A stretch of DNA of 64,000 bases. Source: Haliotis rufescens. Lineage: Eukaryota. The stretch lies in contig NW_025964223.1 of NCBI RefSeq assembly GCF_023055435.1, forward strand, positions 27,218,001 to 27,282,000, read 5' to 3'. Shown here in pieces: positions 13,450-24,296 of the stretch; the first letter of the stretch is position 1, and each line of letters starts with the position of its first letter. The position numbers and the translations under genes were made by a program. The notes beneath the pieces are model-generated. The model saw nothing but the letters and a program-made list of their open reading frames with translations. It made no database searches and had not been told where the DNA came from.

Positions 13450-14041
13450 AACATTGCTAAACAACAAACAAAAAGTGATTCATTATTACATGTTCAACAA
13501 CCCAACCCATTCAATTGCCTCATGAAAAACAAAGGAACCAGGTTCAAAAGGGGAGTTCTGAATTCTTTAAAAATCACAACAAATGAATAAGAAACTGATC
13601 AATAACAAATAATTGGAGCATTTTGGAGCTCAAGTAAGGTAGATTTTAGAGGTGCCTAGTTCTGCCGTACTCTGGCACTTTAAGCATGCTCTATTGTTAC
13701 ACATGGTAATAATCAGTTTGAATAGATTGTAGTGCGTAGGTAATAAAATAGGAAACGACCACTTTCAAAATATGCCTTTGCCAAACATGGGGATTATCCC
13801 TTAATATCTAAGCATAATGTTGAAAATCTACAGAAACTTGTCTTGACATTAAGAAAGTGTTCACAAGACATAATATTCATTTGAGTTTGTGTGTATCAGA
13901 AAACGTAATGCTATTTATTCACCAGTGATGGAATGAAAGAGTGAAGTGCCATAACCTATGTGGAACACATTGAACACATGTGGGGATTTTAACCCCGGTC
14001 CTTTTAATCACTCAGCCCCCACTTCTCCATATGATGCAAAC

Positions 14042-14357
14042 CACCTCCATGGTCAATTGGTAGAGCATCCGCCCGGAGAGCAGAAGGTCTGGGGTTCAAT
14101 CCCTGTCTTCGTCATACCAAAAGATGTTAAAAGATGGTACTTGTTAGTCTGGCGCTCGGCATAAAGGGGCTAAAACAAGGACTGGTCGCCTCAGAGTCAG
14201 TATACTGTGTCTGAGTGGGGTATTCATGTTGAACTGTGGCATGGTATCTCAGTGAGCTAGCACAATAAATCAGCATCAGTCCAGACTAGTAGAAGCAGCC
14301 ATACCCACACGTACATGCAATAATCTTGGACGCGACGTTAAACCCAGTTTCACCTCA
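14042..14357 (+). mobile_element. tRNA-derived SINE with Meta-domain-like core
   Basis: A/B boxes (TGGTCAATTGG, GGTTCAATCC), core GTCATACCAAAAGATGTTAAAAGATGGTAC, 15-bp TSD CCATATGATGCAAAC. Confidence 0.85.
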
Positions 14358-16820
14358 CCATATGATGCAAACAACACTGACAATATTAACAATCAATCTC
14401 TTTATTCAGTATGAACATGAATGATATAATAAAATAGAAAAGGATAAGCCTGGTCTTCAAATTGACTGATCAACATAATGACAAAGAAGAACTAGTTGAA
14501 CAATTCAACACATGCCCAAAACCCAACAATCTCCGAAAAAATAATTCAAACATGCTGCAAACAGAAAGTGCTGCTGACCTACAATTGTCCCGAAGTTTTA
14601 TCTTACTATTGCATATTAACACTTTCAAGTTTATATATATATAATCCAGCATGATCTGAAGAAGCATTCATAAAGTGTCCTGTCAGCAAGACAAAAGATG
14701 GGTGTGATGTGGGTCCACTAACCTTGAAACTAACGACAGCCAGAAGATATTCCTTCAAGACATGAACTACTTGATAAATAAAATAACCCTGAATACTCAT
14801 ATGCATGTACGTAGAAAAAATAAATCAACCTAACCCTGACCTTGTCCTTGGGTGATATTTTCACTGTATGTCAAAACTGAGAAAGAAACCTGGTTTATGT
14901 CAGAAATGCTCTCTGAAAAGCACATATTTTGGTCACTCCTCCAGGCTGGATGTTGTTCAAAACCTTCAAACATTTAACTGAAAAAGACCTACTGGCAATA
15001 CCCCACAAATTCTGGACATTCTTTGAAGTTTTCCAAATTTGGCAAATCTAGTGGTCAAAAAATGGTCTCATATCATACCACGTCCTTTGGTCATTACTAC
15101 ATTTGTTTACCATAGTCGTACCAACATGCAGTTCTTGTTGACTTAGCCAAGACAATATACAACAACATAGGGATGAAATTGAGCTTTTTGAGGATGTGCA
15201 GCAGGTCGACGGAACAAAGTACCTGTTTACGAGATGAGTATATATCAAACATAGCAGCTTTATCATATTTCATTCATAGTATACATATTTCTGAAGCCTC
15301 CATATACAAATTAAGTTTCTTTCCTCTAAACAGAGGCATGTATAGCATATGTTCTGTGCTTCTCAACACATCTTAGATGAGCAGAACACAAACCTTGGGT
15401 TTATGAGGCATGAAAACATGTTAGTTATCAATTTATATTATTATGAGGAACAAAAGCGCAAGACAATTCCAAACAAATTATGCTTTAAATGACTTAATTC
15501 CTAATCAGTCAACAAAATTTCTTTAAAATTGCAAAAGCTGTATCTGAGCTGAGGAAATATGTTAATTCTGTTCCACATCAATAAAGTTTGCATGTTTTCT
15601 GAAGAAATGACTACATATAAAAGAATCTTTCTGTGTGTAAATATCACAAAATATGATGAATGATACATGCAATACTTAAAATGCCACATGATACATTGAA
15701 ATAACTGAAGCAAATTTACAATCCACATTGTCAGGAAAACATTAAAAGTTGATATACTCCCTCTAGCTAAACAGATGTCATATCATCCTTTCAAAGATTC
15801 CTAAATCCAATCAACAACTGGAAAGTAGGAGAGCTACATTGGGGAACAATTCTAAACCGGTGTGCATAACAAGATTAAACAATAAAGAAATAATAAAGAT
15901 AGGCTATGTGTAACTTCTCTCAATTCAACTTACTATCTCTGTATGATTGGATCAGATAATCAAATGAACACAAAGATTTAACTTGATAGAGCTGCAACAT
16001 TGCTGACTGGGGAGACATTTGCCACTGCAATAGCTTTGCTTTGAGTAGCCCCCAAAACAGACTAATTTCATTTTCAAATGAGTTTCCTTTTCTAGTTTGT
16101 CACGCCAAGTAATTTGGACACGTCTTGTTTCCCATTTGTGTGGATAGCATAATAAAATCAGAACAAGCATGACAACTGTATAGTTAAATCAGAATCTACC
16201 CTAAACATGACGGAAGAAAGATGTCTTCACTCTACACTGTGTATATATGTCACTTTGACACCATCGGTCACATGTACTTTTGGGTTCCAAATGTAGCATG
16301 GTACGCTATTTTATCGCGGTAATAAATTTCTAAAGGATCTTAATGGTGCACACTTACTATCCTCTTAAATATGTCATACGAAAAATGGTTCTTGTTCTTT
16401 GTTCTACTTTTATGACACATCAATTAGGATTGATCGATGCTGATGTTCTTTAACAAGTTTGGTAAACAAAGGACAGGAAACTCTATTTTGTAGTATGATA
16501 CATGTGGAATATGTGCTTTGCAACACTTCCTGTTTTGGATTAAGCATAATCAGTACCGGTATATATATGACATAGGTTGGGTCAAGGGACATCGTCCAAA
16601 CAAATAGGTTCTTTTCTAATCAGTTTTGAATTTAGGTAGGTGTTATTCCACTTCAAAAACTATCATAAATAAGTTAACGTGTAAACTTACAAGTAGCCAT
16701 GACATATTGCAATGAGTCCTGTATTCGATCAAACGATAAAATATCGTGCTTAGATTTGTGTACGTAAACAATCGACGGTGGATGTGGATTACAAGATTTA
16801 CAGATACGGCAATAACATAG

Positions 16821-16992
16821 TGAGTGAGTGAGTGAGTGAGTATGGTTTTACGCCGCTTTTAGCAATATTCCAGCAATATCACGGCGGGGGACACCAGAAA
16901 TGGGCTTCACACATTGTACCCATGTCGGGAATCGAACCCGGGTCTTCGGCGTGACGAGCGAACGCTTTAACCACTAGGCTACCCGACCGCCC
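16821..16992 (-). mobile_element. tRNA(Asp)-like-head SINE, young copy
   Basis: A/B boxes, (ACTC)n tail, 14-bp TSD CGGCAATAACATAG; near identical to 19459-19620 and 38929-39091. Confidence 0.92.
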
Positions 16993-18255
16993 CGGCAATA
17001 ACATAGAGGCATACTACAATAATAATACTGGGTACATTTTTCAGAGCTCCTACTTTCATGCCTGTCGGTAAGCTTGTAATGCTGCAACATTGCTACCCTT
17101 GCCAATGGATCCGGGTGCACCCAAATTTCATTCTCAGCTCCGTGGAGTGTACACAAGTATACAAATGTACTGTTACACCCCTATAGTGAACTATTATCAT
17201 GATTTGTGTTCCATACATGTAGTCACTAACTTTCAGACAAACAGGTGATGGGAGTGGGCATGAAGGTAACATAGAACATTAAACAAGCAACCAATGCTTT
17301 ATAGCACTTAATTAAAGAGTAAAAGTCAAATATGATACCGCTAGGCAATATGTACAGCACGATGGGCAAACACAAGGGAAGTAACTCTTAGAAGAAGTCT
17401 GACAAACATTTTTCACCAAAATCCCATGATACAGTAGAACCCTTTGTAAATACTGGTTATGACCCTGGTCAAATGATTAATCTACACTTACGCTATAATA
17501 CATAAATGAGTGAATGATTTGATGTTGTGCCGCATTTAGCACAAGTGGATCAATTTCATGTCAGGGTTAGCTCAAAACATACTGCGTAAGCGATGATTGA
17601 ACGACCTATCACTCGGCTATGTTGGAGCCCCCTGTGGCAAAGGAGAGTTGAAGACACTTTCTTTAATACTACAGGAAGGGTGAGTTTTTCCATAAGCACT
17701 TCCTCACAGCAAAGTCAAAGAGAAGGAGAGCGTTGCATACACCTCTTTCAGGCACAATTTATTCCAAACCATTGTACACCTACAGTAGAAACATATGATC
17801 CAATCTTAGCATTACTGTCGTTGTATTGATACCTCATACCATTGCTTTGAGCAACAACAAAAAAGAGGGCTGTTTGTAAGATTGAAATGTTAAATAATGC
17901 CAGCAAAATATCTGACACTAAGTTACTTTAACATTTCACTTGAAAGAATGATTGAAAATATTGCGTACAAGATCCTTCATTTAACAAAGTTTACATTGAG
18001 TTTCATAGTAATAAGAGTAAGGGCTTGTCAGTTGATGTATGAAAGAAAAAATAGGAATAGAAATACCCAAACAAACACAGGGCAAACTGAGGAGACAACC
18101 TGATGAGGAAGGATTAAAAAAATGAACCAACAAGATCTGGATCAAGGACATGAATGAATGATGAAAATTGCAATTCCAAAACATGACGTATAAATATATA
18201 TAGCAGGGTAAGAACATCAAGTACACTTGTTTAACAACTGCTGAGCAGACAAAAA

Positions 18256-18522
18256 CTATTTCTCTTTATCTGAATCTTCTTCCTCCTCGTCAACCTCGTT
18301 ACAGATGATATTCTCGATATTGTTTTGTGTGGCCTGGTGTGGCCACGTCACATTGTAGCTCACTTTGTCTTCAGTCACTACTGTCACCGAGTCCAGTTTG
18401 TCACTCATTTCCGCTCTCCCTTGTACCAAGGCTTGCTGAACAGCCAGGTCTCTCTGTGCTCGTTCCTCCATCAACACACGAGACAGGTTCATCTGAGCTT
18501 CAAGTCTAGCAGCATGCAAGGC
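18256..18522 (-). CDS. DEAF1: DEAF1 terminal coding exon 7 (coiled coil + acidic tail, stop TAG)
   Basis: ttccag acceptor; ALHAARLEAQMNLSRVLMEERAQRD...DSDKEK*. A possible internal donor AAA|gtgagc lies at 18364. Confidence 0.8.
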   Translation of the reverse strand, partial: ALHAARLEAQMNLSRVLMEERAQRDLAVQQALVQGRAEMSDKLDSVTVVTEDKVSYNVTWPHQATQNNIENIICNEVDEEEEDSDKEK

Positions 18523-18985
18523 CTGGAAACCATTGGTTCACACATTAATGTAACTGATACCATAGATTAAATCATGCATCAGAAATGAAAATGAAAATTG
18601 GTTCATTAAGATGCCGGCAGTATGAGCATTTTAACAGTACATCTAACGTGGCATATTTTGTATCAGTGAAATGGTAATACCAAACAAACAAAACTAGCAT
18701 ACATGAAATGGAACATTTGTTCAGAGAAAAACTTTAACACGAAATCATGCATTGAAAGTCTTTAGAAGAAAAGGAAAATCACAAAAGATCTTAGTGATTC
18801 ATTTTACAAAGTCAATGAAAGAAGTAGAGCAAGTACTAGCCAGACAGGAGCCAATACTTGAATGTGTGTCCGTGCAGTGCTTACTAGATATCAGGGCGGA
18901 CAGCAAAAGTGTAAGTGCCCTCGGCAGTATTAGAAGCAGTGGGGGCATAATAAAGTTTGTTTCCAGAATCCTGCTCATTCCAGAC

Positions 18986-19117
18986 CTCTTGTTTCTCTTT
19001 CTCCATGTGAGCCCGAAGTTGCTGCAGAGCGTGGTCTTTGCTGATTAGGCTCTGCTGCTTCACTTGCTCCAACATGGCCTTCAGACCCTGGGCTTGCTGA
19101 ATCAGACTTGCTGTCAT
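18986..19117 (-). CDS. DEAF1: DEAF1 exon 6 (coiled coil)
   Basis: MTASLIQQAQGLKAMLEQVKQQ...EKEKQE; AG/GT boundaries; phase 0/0. Confidence 0.88.
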
Positions 19118-19458
19118 CTGCAAGTCAAGCATATCATGTTATTGTCAGACTTTAAGAAGTAAAAAAATGTTCTTGTAAAATGTAAGAAGCACAGTAAATC
19201 TTAATGTAAACCATTCTCAGGGCAAATCTATGATCGGAACCAAGGAAAGAACCCTAAATGAATACCACCATCCAAAAGAGGAAAAGATGTCACACCTCTG
19301 AGGTAGGGCGGTGCTTGATTTGAGCATGTTGAGACGCATCAAGAACCAGGTGTTGAGAGAGAATGAGTTTTCATGCCTGATCAGCCATGTTTTCACAAGA
19401 CACTGTGAACACTGTTCCCATGTGAGAAACTGATCACTTTTTAAATGTGAGAAACTGA

Positions 19459-19620
19459 GTGAGTGAGTATCGTTTTACGCCGCTTTTAGCAATATTCCAG
19501 CAATATCACGGCGGGGGACACCAGAAATGGGCTTCACACATTGTACCCATGTCGGGAATCGAACCCGGGTCTTCGGCGTGACGAGCGAACGCTTTAACCA
19601 CTAGGCTACCCGACCGCCCC
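19459..19620 (-). mobile_element. tRNA-head SINE (same family)
   Basis: Near-identical to 16821-16992; TSD GTGAGAAACTGA. Confidence 0.92.
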
Positions 19621-20386
19621 GTGAGAAACTGAACACTGTTCACGTGCAAGAAAGTGTTTCCAAACGACAGAGGTTGCACTTGTGTCAGTGTCATGCTTGT
19701 GAGACGGTTCAGTCCCATGCGTTGTGTCCTCGTGGCTGATGTTATATCATCTGTATAGGGTCCCATATCTCCTGCTTCATGACAAGCATGCTTCAGGTGT
19801 GGGACATGCACTTACTGTCTTACTTAGTATACGACCCTATGACGTTTACGCACAAAGTGAAGTGGCACTGAAATAACCAGCTACTGCCAGCAATTTCTGA
19901 CAGTTGATGAGCATATTTGTCTGGATAATGAAATTGGCTTCACAAACGTGTGTAAGGTTTGACCTGTGACCTGACGATGAGTGCCCCCTGGCGGAGAGAC
20001 ATGTTTTAGGTTCTGTATCATTGGATCAAAGAGAGAGGGAATTTGCGAGAGGATGTATCAGGATCAAAATTAATTTTTCAGGACTAAACAATATAGTGAT
20101 TGATATTATCAGCAACAATTCACACTGTCTGGATCATCGACACACTAGCAACCATGTCATTGAACCTGACCCATTTAGTTGCCTCTTACAACCAGCATTG
20201 GTTGCTGGGGACCTTTTCTAACCCGGAATCCCCAAGAGGGCAAAGATAAAGAAAAGAAAGTTAAAGAGATGTATGACAGATACTAACATTAAAACCTGTA
20301 GCAAGTAAGTATTTTGCATCGTGATATAGTGAGCTACCAGCAAATAATGGTGTCGCTAAAACTTGCAAATGTGTGTGGCATTAGAT

Positions 20387-20460
20387 GGGGGTCAGATACT
20401 ATCTAGCAAGAACTTGTTTACATGTGAGATTCAAGTCTTGTAATTGTACATCACTCCCCA
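20387..20460 (-). ncRNA. C/D box snoRNA copy A (DEAF1 intron 5)
   Basis: Terminal stem GGGG/CCCC, box C GTGATGT, box D CTGA, guide GCTAGATAGTA complementary to 28S UACUAUCUAGC. Confidence 0.85.
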
Positions 20461-20521
20461 GTACACATAGTGAATCTAAATACCACTTGAATTCTGATCT
20501 CAGTTGATTCGAACCACAGTA

Positions 20522-20680
20522 CAGCGATGGAAACAAACAGTTTTAGTCCACTAGTCCTTATAATGATGACATGAAGGGAAACCCTTAAAAAATTCTGCTA
20601 CAGTGCAAAAATCCTTTTGATAATTTAACTATTGGGCAGTTTGGCTAGGACTATAGGACTAGTGCCAATTTCTAATGCTG
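20522..20680. mobile_element. Short MITE (CAG...CTG termini); related copy at 62418-63256
   Basis: Shared ends CAG(C/G)GAT(G/A)GAAAC..AGTTTTAGTCCACTAGTCC and TAGTGCCAATTTCTAA(T/C)GCTG; the paralogous segment near 21266 is an empty site. Confidence 0.7.
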
Positions 20681-21139
20681 TTAGTACAACCAAACATGAA
20701 ACCAAATTGAGGATTCAGGAGTTGATTATGATAGATGAGCAGAATTAAATTAATTAAAAGAACATTTGGATTATTGAACTGTTTTGTTCTCAGTATGACG
20801 AGTGAATACTTTAACCACTAGACTACCCCAATGCAAGTGTATAACAAAATCCAATTACCCAAGCCACCTCATGACCTCAACTCTCAATTTCAACCAATTA
20901 CATGTTTGCTTATTGCTAGTTGGAAAAATGGTTCTTAACTCATACCAACACAGATGGCTTTGTCAATACACACAAAGAAACCAAGATGACCTTTCCAGTG
21001 ACCTTGACCTTCATGAAGGTCACTCAAAACTAACAACTTCATAGCTTGTTTATTGGGATGACATGTGCCGACATTTTATCTGAATACAGAAACATACCTT
21101 CCGTTTGAGTGCTTTGAAAAAAAGAGTGCTGAATCAGAG

Positions 21140-21213
21140 TGGGGTCAGATACTATCTAGCAAGAACTTGTTTACATGTGAGATTCAAGTCTTGTAATTGT
21201 ACATCACTCCCCA
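21140..21213 (-). ncRNA. C/D box snoRNA copy B (DEAF1 intron 5)
   Basis: Identical core to copy A. Confidence 0.85.
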
Positions 21214-21672
21214 GTACTCAAGGGTAAGTGCAGTTTCACTTCAGTTCTGAACTCAATTGATTCAAACCACAGTACAACCAAAAATGAAACCACATTCAAG
21301 ATTCAGGAGTTAATTATGATTAGATCAACAGTCAATTGATAAAAAGTACATTAGGACAATTGGATTGTTTTGTTATACATACAGTGCAACTGTGAAACAA
21401 AGTCTAATGACTCTAGCTACCTAGTGACCTTGACCCTTAATTTCACCCAATTATATGTTTACTTATTGCCAGTTGGAAAAATGTTCCTCGCTCCTACAAA
21501 CATGTCTGTCATTCCAACACAGGGAGTTATATTTGTAAATATATACAAAGAAACCAGGACAACCTTTCACTCAGAACTAACAGCTTCAATGCTTGATCAT
21601 AAGGATGACAGGTACTGACATAGTTTATCTGAATACACCTTCATGTTGCTGAAGAAGAGTGCTGAATCTGAG

Positions 21673-21746
21673 TGGGGTCAGATACTATCTAGCAAGAACT
21701 CGTTTACATATGAGATTCAAGTCTTGTAATTGTACATCACTCCCCA
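21673..21746 (-). ncRNA. C/D box snoRNA copy C (DEAF1 intron 5)
   Basis: Two substitutions outside the boxes and guide. Confidence 0.83.
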
Positions 21747-21747
21747 G

Positions 21748-22638
21748 TAGAGCTGCAATGAATACACTATGATGCAAATGCGATACGTATCACGACTATA
21801 TAGTAACGAAAAAGAATATTTATTCATGAATACAGCAACATGTTATCAGTTGATGTATAATTTTTTTATTCAGCAAAACAATAACAAAATAATTTTTTTG
21901 TCATGGCTTGACCATGTTGACAGTGTTAATGATTATTATAACATTATACATTTATATCATCCAAAACTTGCTCCCACAGGAGATATCACTTGGGGAAGAT
22001 GAAGCGTTTCTACACTGTAGATATTGCTGCAATGAAATTGCATCATAATGCTTTGCAGACCATTGTGACGTCATTGGTTACCATGATGTCACAATCAAAT
22101 GACATCGCTAATGGCTCTACAACTGAAGCTGTTGGCAGTACCTTTTACACTTAAGACACTGCTTATTACTGTCTACAAACTGAAAAAGAATGATGTTGGA
22201 TGATAAATAAAATCTCATCCGAGTCTCTTTTGATATCAAATATATCAACACTCGTTGATCAAAGTGGAAAAACTCCTCGGCAAGACTCAGTGTTTTTCCA
22301 CTTTTATCAACTTGTGTTGATATATTTGATATCAAAAGACACTCGGGTGAGATTCTCTGTATATATACTGCCCCTATCCAGGTACTAGTATCTGCTAAAA
22401 TGCGACAATGACCAGTGACCACATTACTGTAAAATTGAAGATAGATAAGAGTGTTGTCCTTGAAGAAATCTATGTATGCATGCATGCACATAATTAGTTT
22501 GGATGGCTTCTTAGTTAAAAAAACCTCACTTCATATTTTTTGTTATTATTTGAATCTTGTGTCCACAAATAACAAATTCAATTTATGAAGGGATACGGTT
22601 TGATTCACCGAATACACGAGTGAATCGTAACAGCCCTA
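21748..22638. mobile_element. Non-autonomous hAT-like element
   Basis: Imperfect TIR TAGAGCTGCAATGAATACAC / GTGAATCGTAACAGCCCTA; 8-bp TSD CTCCCCAG/CCCCCCAG. Confidence 0.7.
22213..22349. repeat. Long near-perfect palindrome (small foldback element)
   Basis: CTCATCCGAGTCTCTTTTGATATCAAATATATCAACAC... pairs with ...GTGTTGATATATTTGATATCAAAAGACACTCGGGTGAG. Confidence 0.85.
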
Positions 22639-22653
22639 CCCCCCAGTATTAAT

Positions 22654-22915
22654 GTTTGTTTATTGTTTAATGCAGCACTCAGCAATATTCCAGCTATATG
22701 ACAGCGGTCTGTAAATAATCGAGTCTGGACCAAACAATCCAGTGATTGACATCATGAGTATCGATCCACCCATATGGGATTCGATGACATGCATCAACCA
22801 AGTCATTGAGCCTGAGCACCCAATCCCATTCATCGCCTCTTACAACAGGCATAGTCGCCTCTTACGACAAGCATGGGCTGCTGAAGACCTATTCTCCCCC
22901 ATACCTTCACGGGTC
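22654..22915 (-). mobile_element. Non-tRNA 'GACCCGTGAAG' SINE-like element
   Basis: Full-length homologue of 57857-58107. Confidence 0.85.
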
Positions 22916-23133
22916 AACTCCCTGTTCTCCAGGATAACTGCAGTTAAGTGAAATCTAATAATACTTGAATTCTGAACTCCATGCATCAGCAGTACAACCC
23001 AAAAAGAAAACACATTCAAGATTCAGAAGTTGATTATAATAAGAGCAGCAGAATTCAATTACTTAAAGAGTACATTAGGACAATTGGGTTGTTTTTGACT
23101 TGACAGAAACTAAGCAGGATTAAGGGTTGTCAC

Positions 23134-23243
23134 CTCTTCCAGCTGCCACCACTGCTTCTGCTCTGAAACATCCATCGACACCACTGTGGCTGTCTGGCTC
23201 TTGGGGTTGGGAGCTATGGCGATTGGAGTCATCACCACTGCGT
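23134..23243 (-). CDS. DEAF1: DEAF1 exon 5
   Basis: AVVMTPIAIAPNPK...EQKQWWQLEE, similar to the W-x-LEEM segment before the DEAF1 coiled coil; phase 1/0. Confidence 0.85.
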
Positions 23244-23771
23244 CTGTAGCAGAATGTTATCACAATCTCAGATCTACACATACATACACAAACCAAAAGC
23301 CTCTCTATAAAGGTACGGAAATTAACCAGACACATATTAAAGCCTGAATAGTGACAACATAGAGCAATACTATCCAAACTATTTGAAATTATACTGTCCC
23401 TAAGGATGCCTTTAACATTAATAAAAATGGACCTGTGTTCTGTTGTAGAAAGCGATCTTAGTGCTGAGGTGATCGTAACTCCCATACCCTAACATAGACT
23501 TACGACAGTTGTAGTGCTAAGGATGTTTTGTACAACAGCACCCTGGGCAATGCTAATTTCCATACCTGCTACAAAAAAACTAAAACATTTGATATTTTTA
23601 GAGGCTGTCAGAGGTTTAGTGTTAGTGCTGATAGTGTCACCTGCAAAAAACATTTGATGGAGGTCAACCACTTCCTTTGAAGCTTGTATTCCTTGGGTAC
23701 TGAGACAGCCATGTTCCCATGTTAATATGATGGCTGTATGCATACCATAAAAGGTATTTACAACTGGTTCT

Positions 23772-24005
23772 TTGTTTGTTGTTTGACACCGCACTCAGCA
23801 ATATTCCAGCTATATGACGGTAATCTTTAAATAATCAATCCTGGGCAAGACAATCCAGTGACTGATTTCATGAGCATTGATCTACGCAATTGGGATACAA
23901 TGACATGCATCAACCAAGTCAGTGAGCCTCACCACTCAATCCCGTTAGTGGCCTCTTACGACATGCATGTTTGTTAAAGACCTATTCTAACCCGGATCTT
24001 CATGA
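23772..24005 (-). mobile_element. Non-tRNA SINE-like element copy
   Basis: Homology to 57857-58107. Confidence 0.8.
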
Positions 24006-24296
24006 TGATTACTACTAGTGAAACGCACAGGTATGGTGTCAACAGACCAAGAATCATCTTCAAAGAGAATCTGGGATTTGAAACCCATTTTGATTCTGAA
24101 AAGTCTAAAAAACATAACTCTGTACACTGAATTCCACCTCTTTAGAAGTCTGGGCCAGCTCAAACACTGAGAGTTACAACTTACAATTTTTTAACAGTGT
24201 AAATATTACAACCTACACCACTTATCAGACCAGATCAATAGTTGTATCTTCAACTCTGGGGATTATCAGCAATATGTCACAGCTATCATATCAAAG

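Noticed and set aside
16920-16992. tRNA-Asp(GTC) gene (also 19548-19620 and 38931-39005)
   Set aside because: The acceptor stem does not pair; each copy continues into a shared body and (ACTC)n tail with TSDs, so these are SINE heads.
17561-17571. Telomerase RNA template-like CTAACCCTGA (also + strand near 14830)
   Set aside because: Short motif expected by chance; no recognisable pseudoknot, CR4/5 or H/ACA domain nearby.
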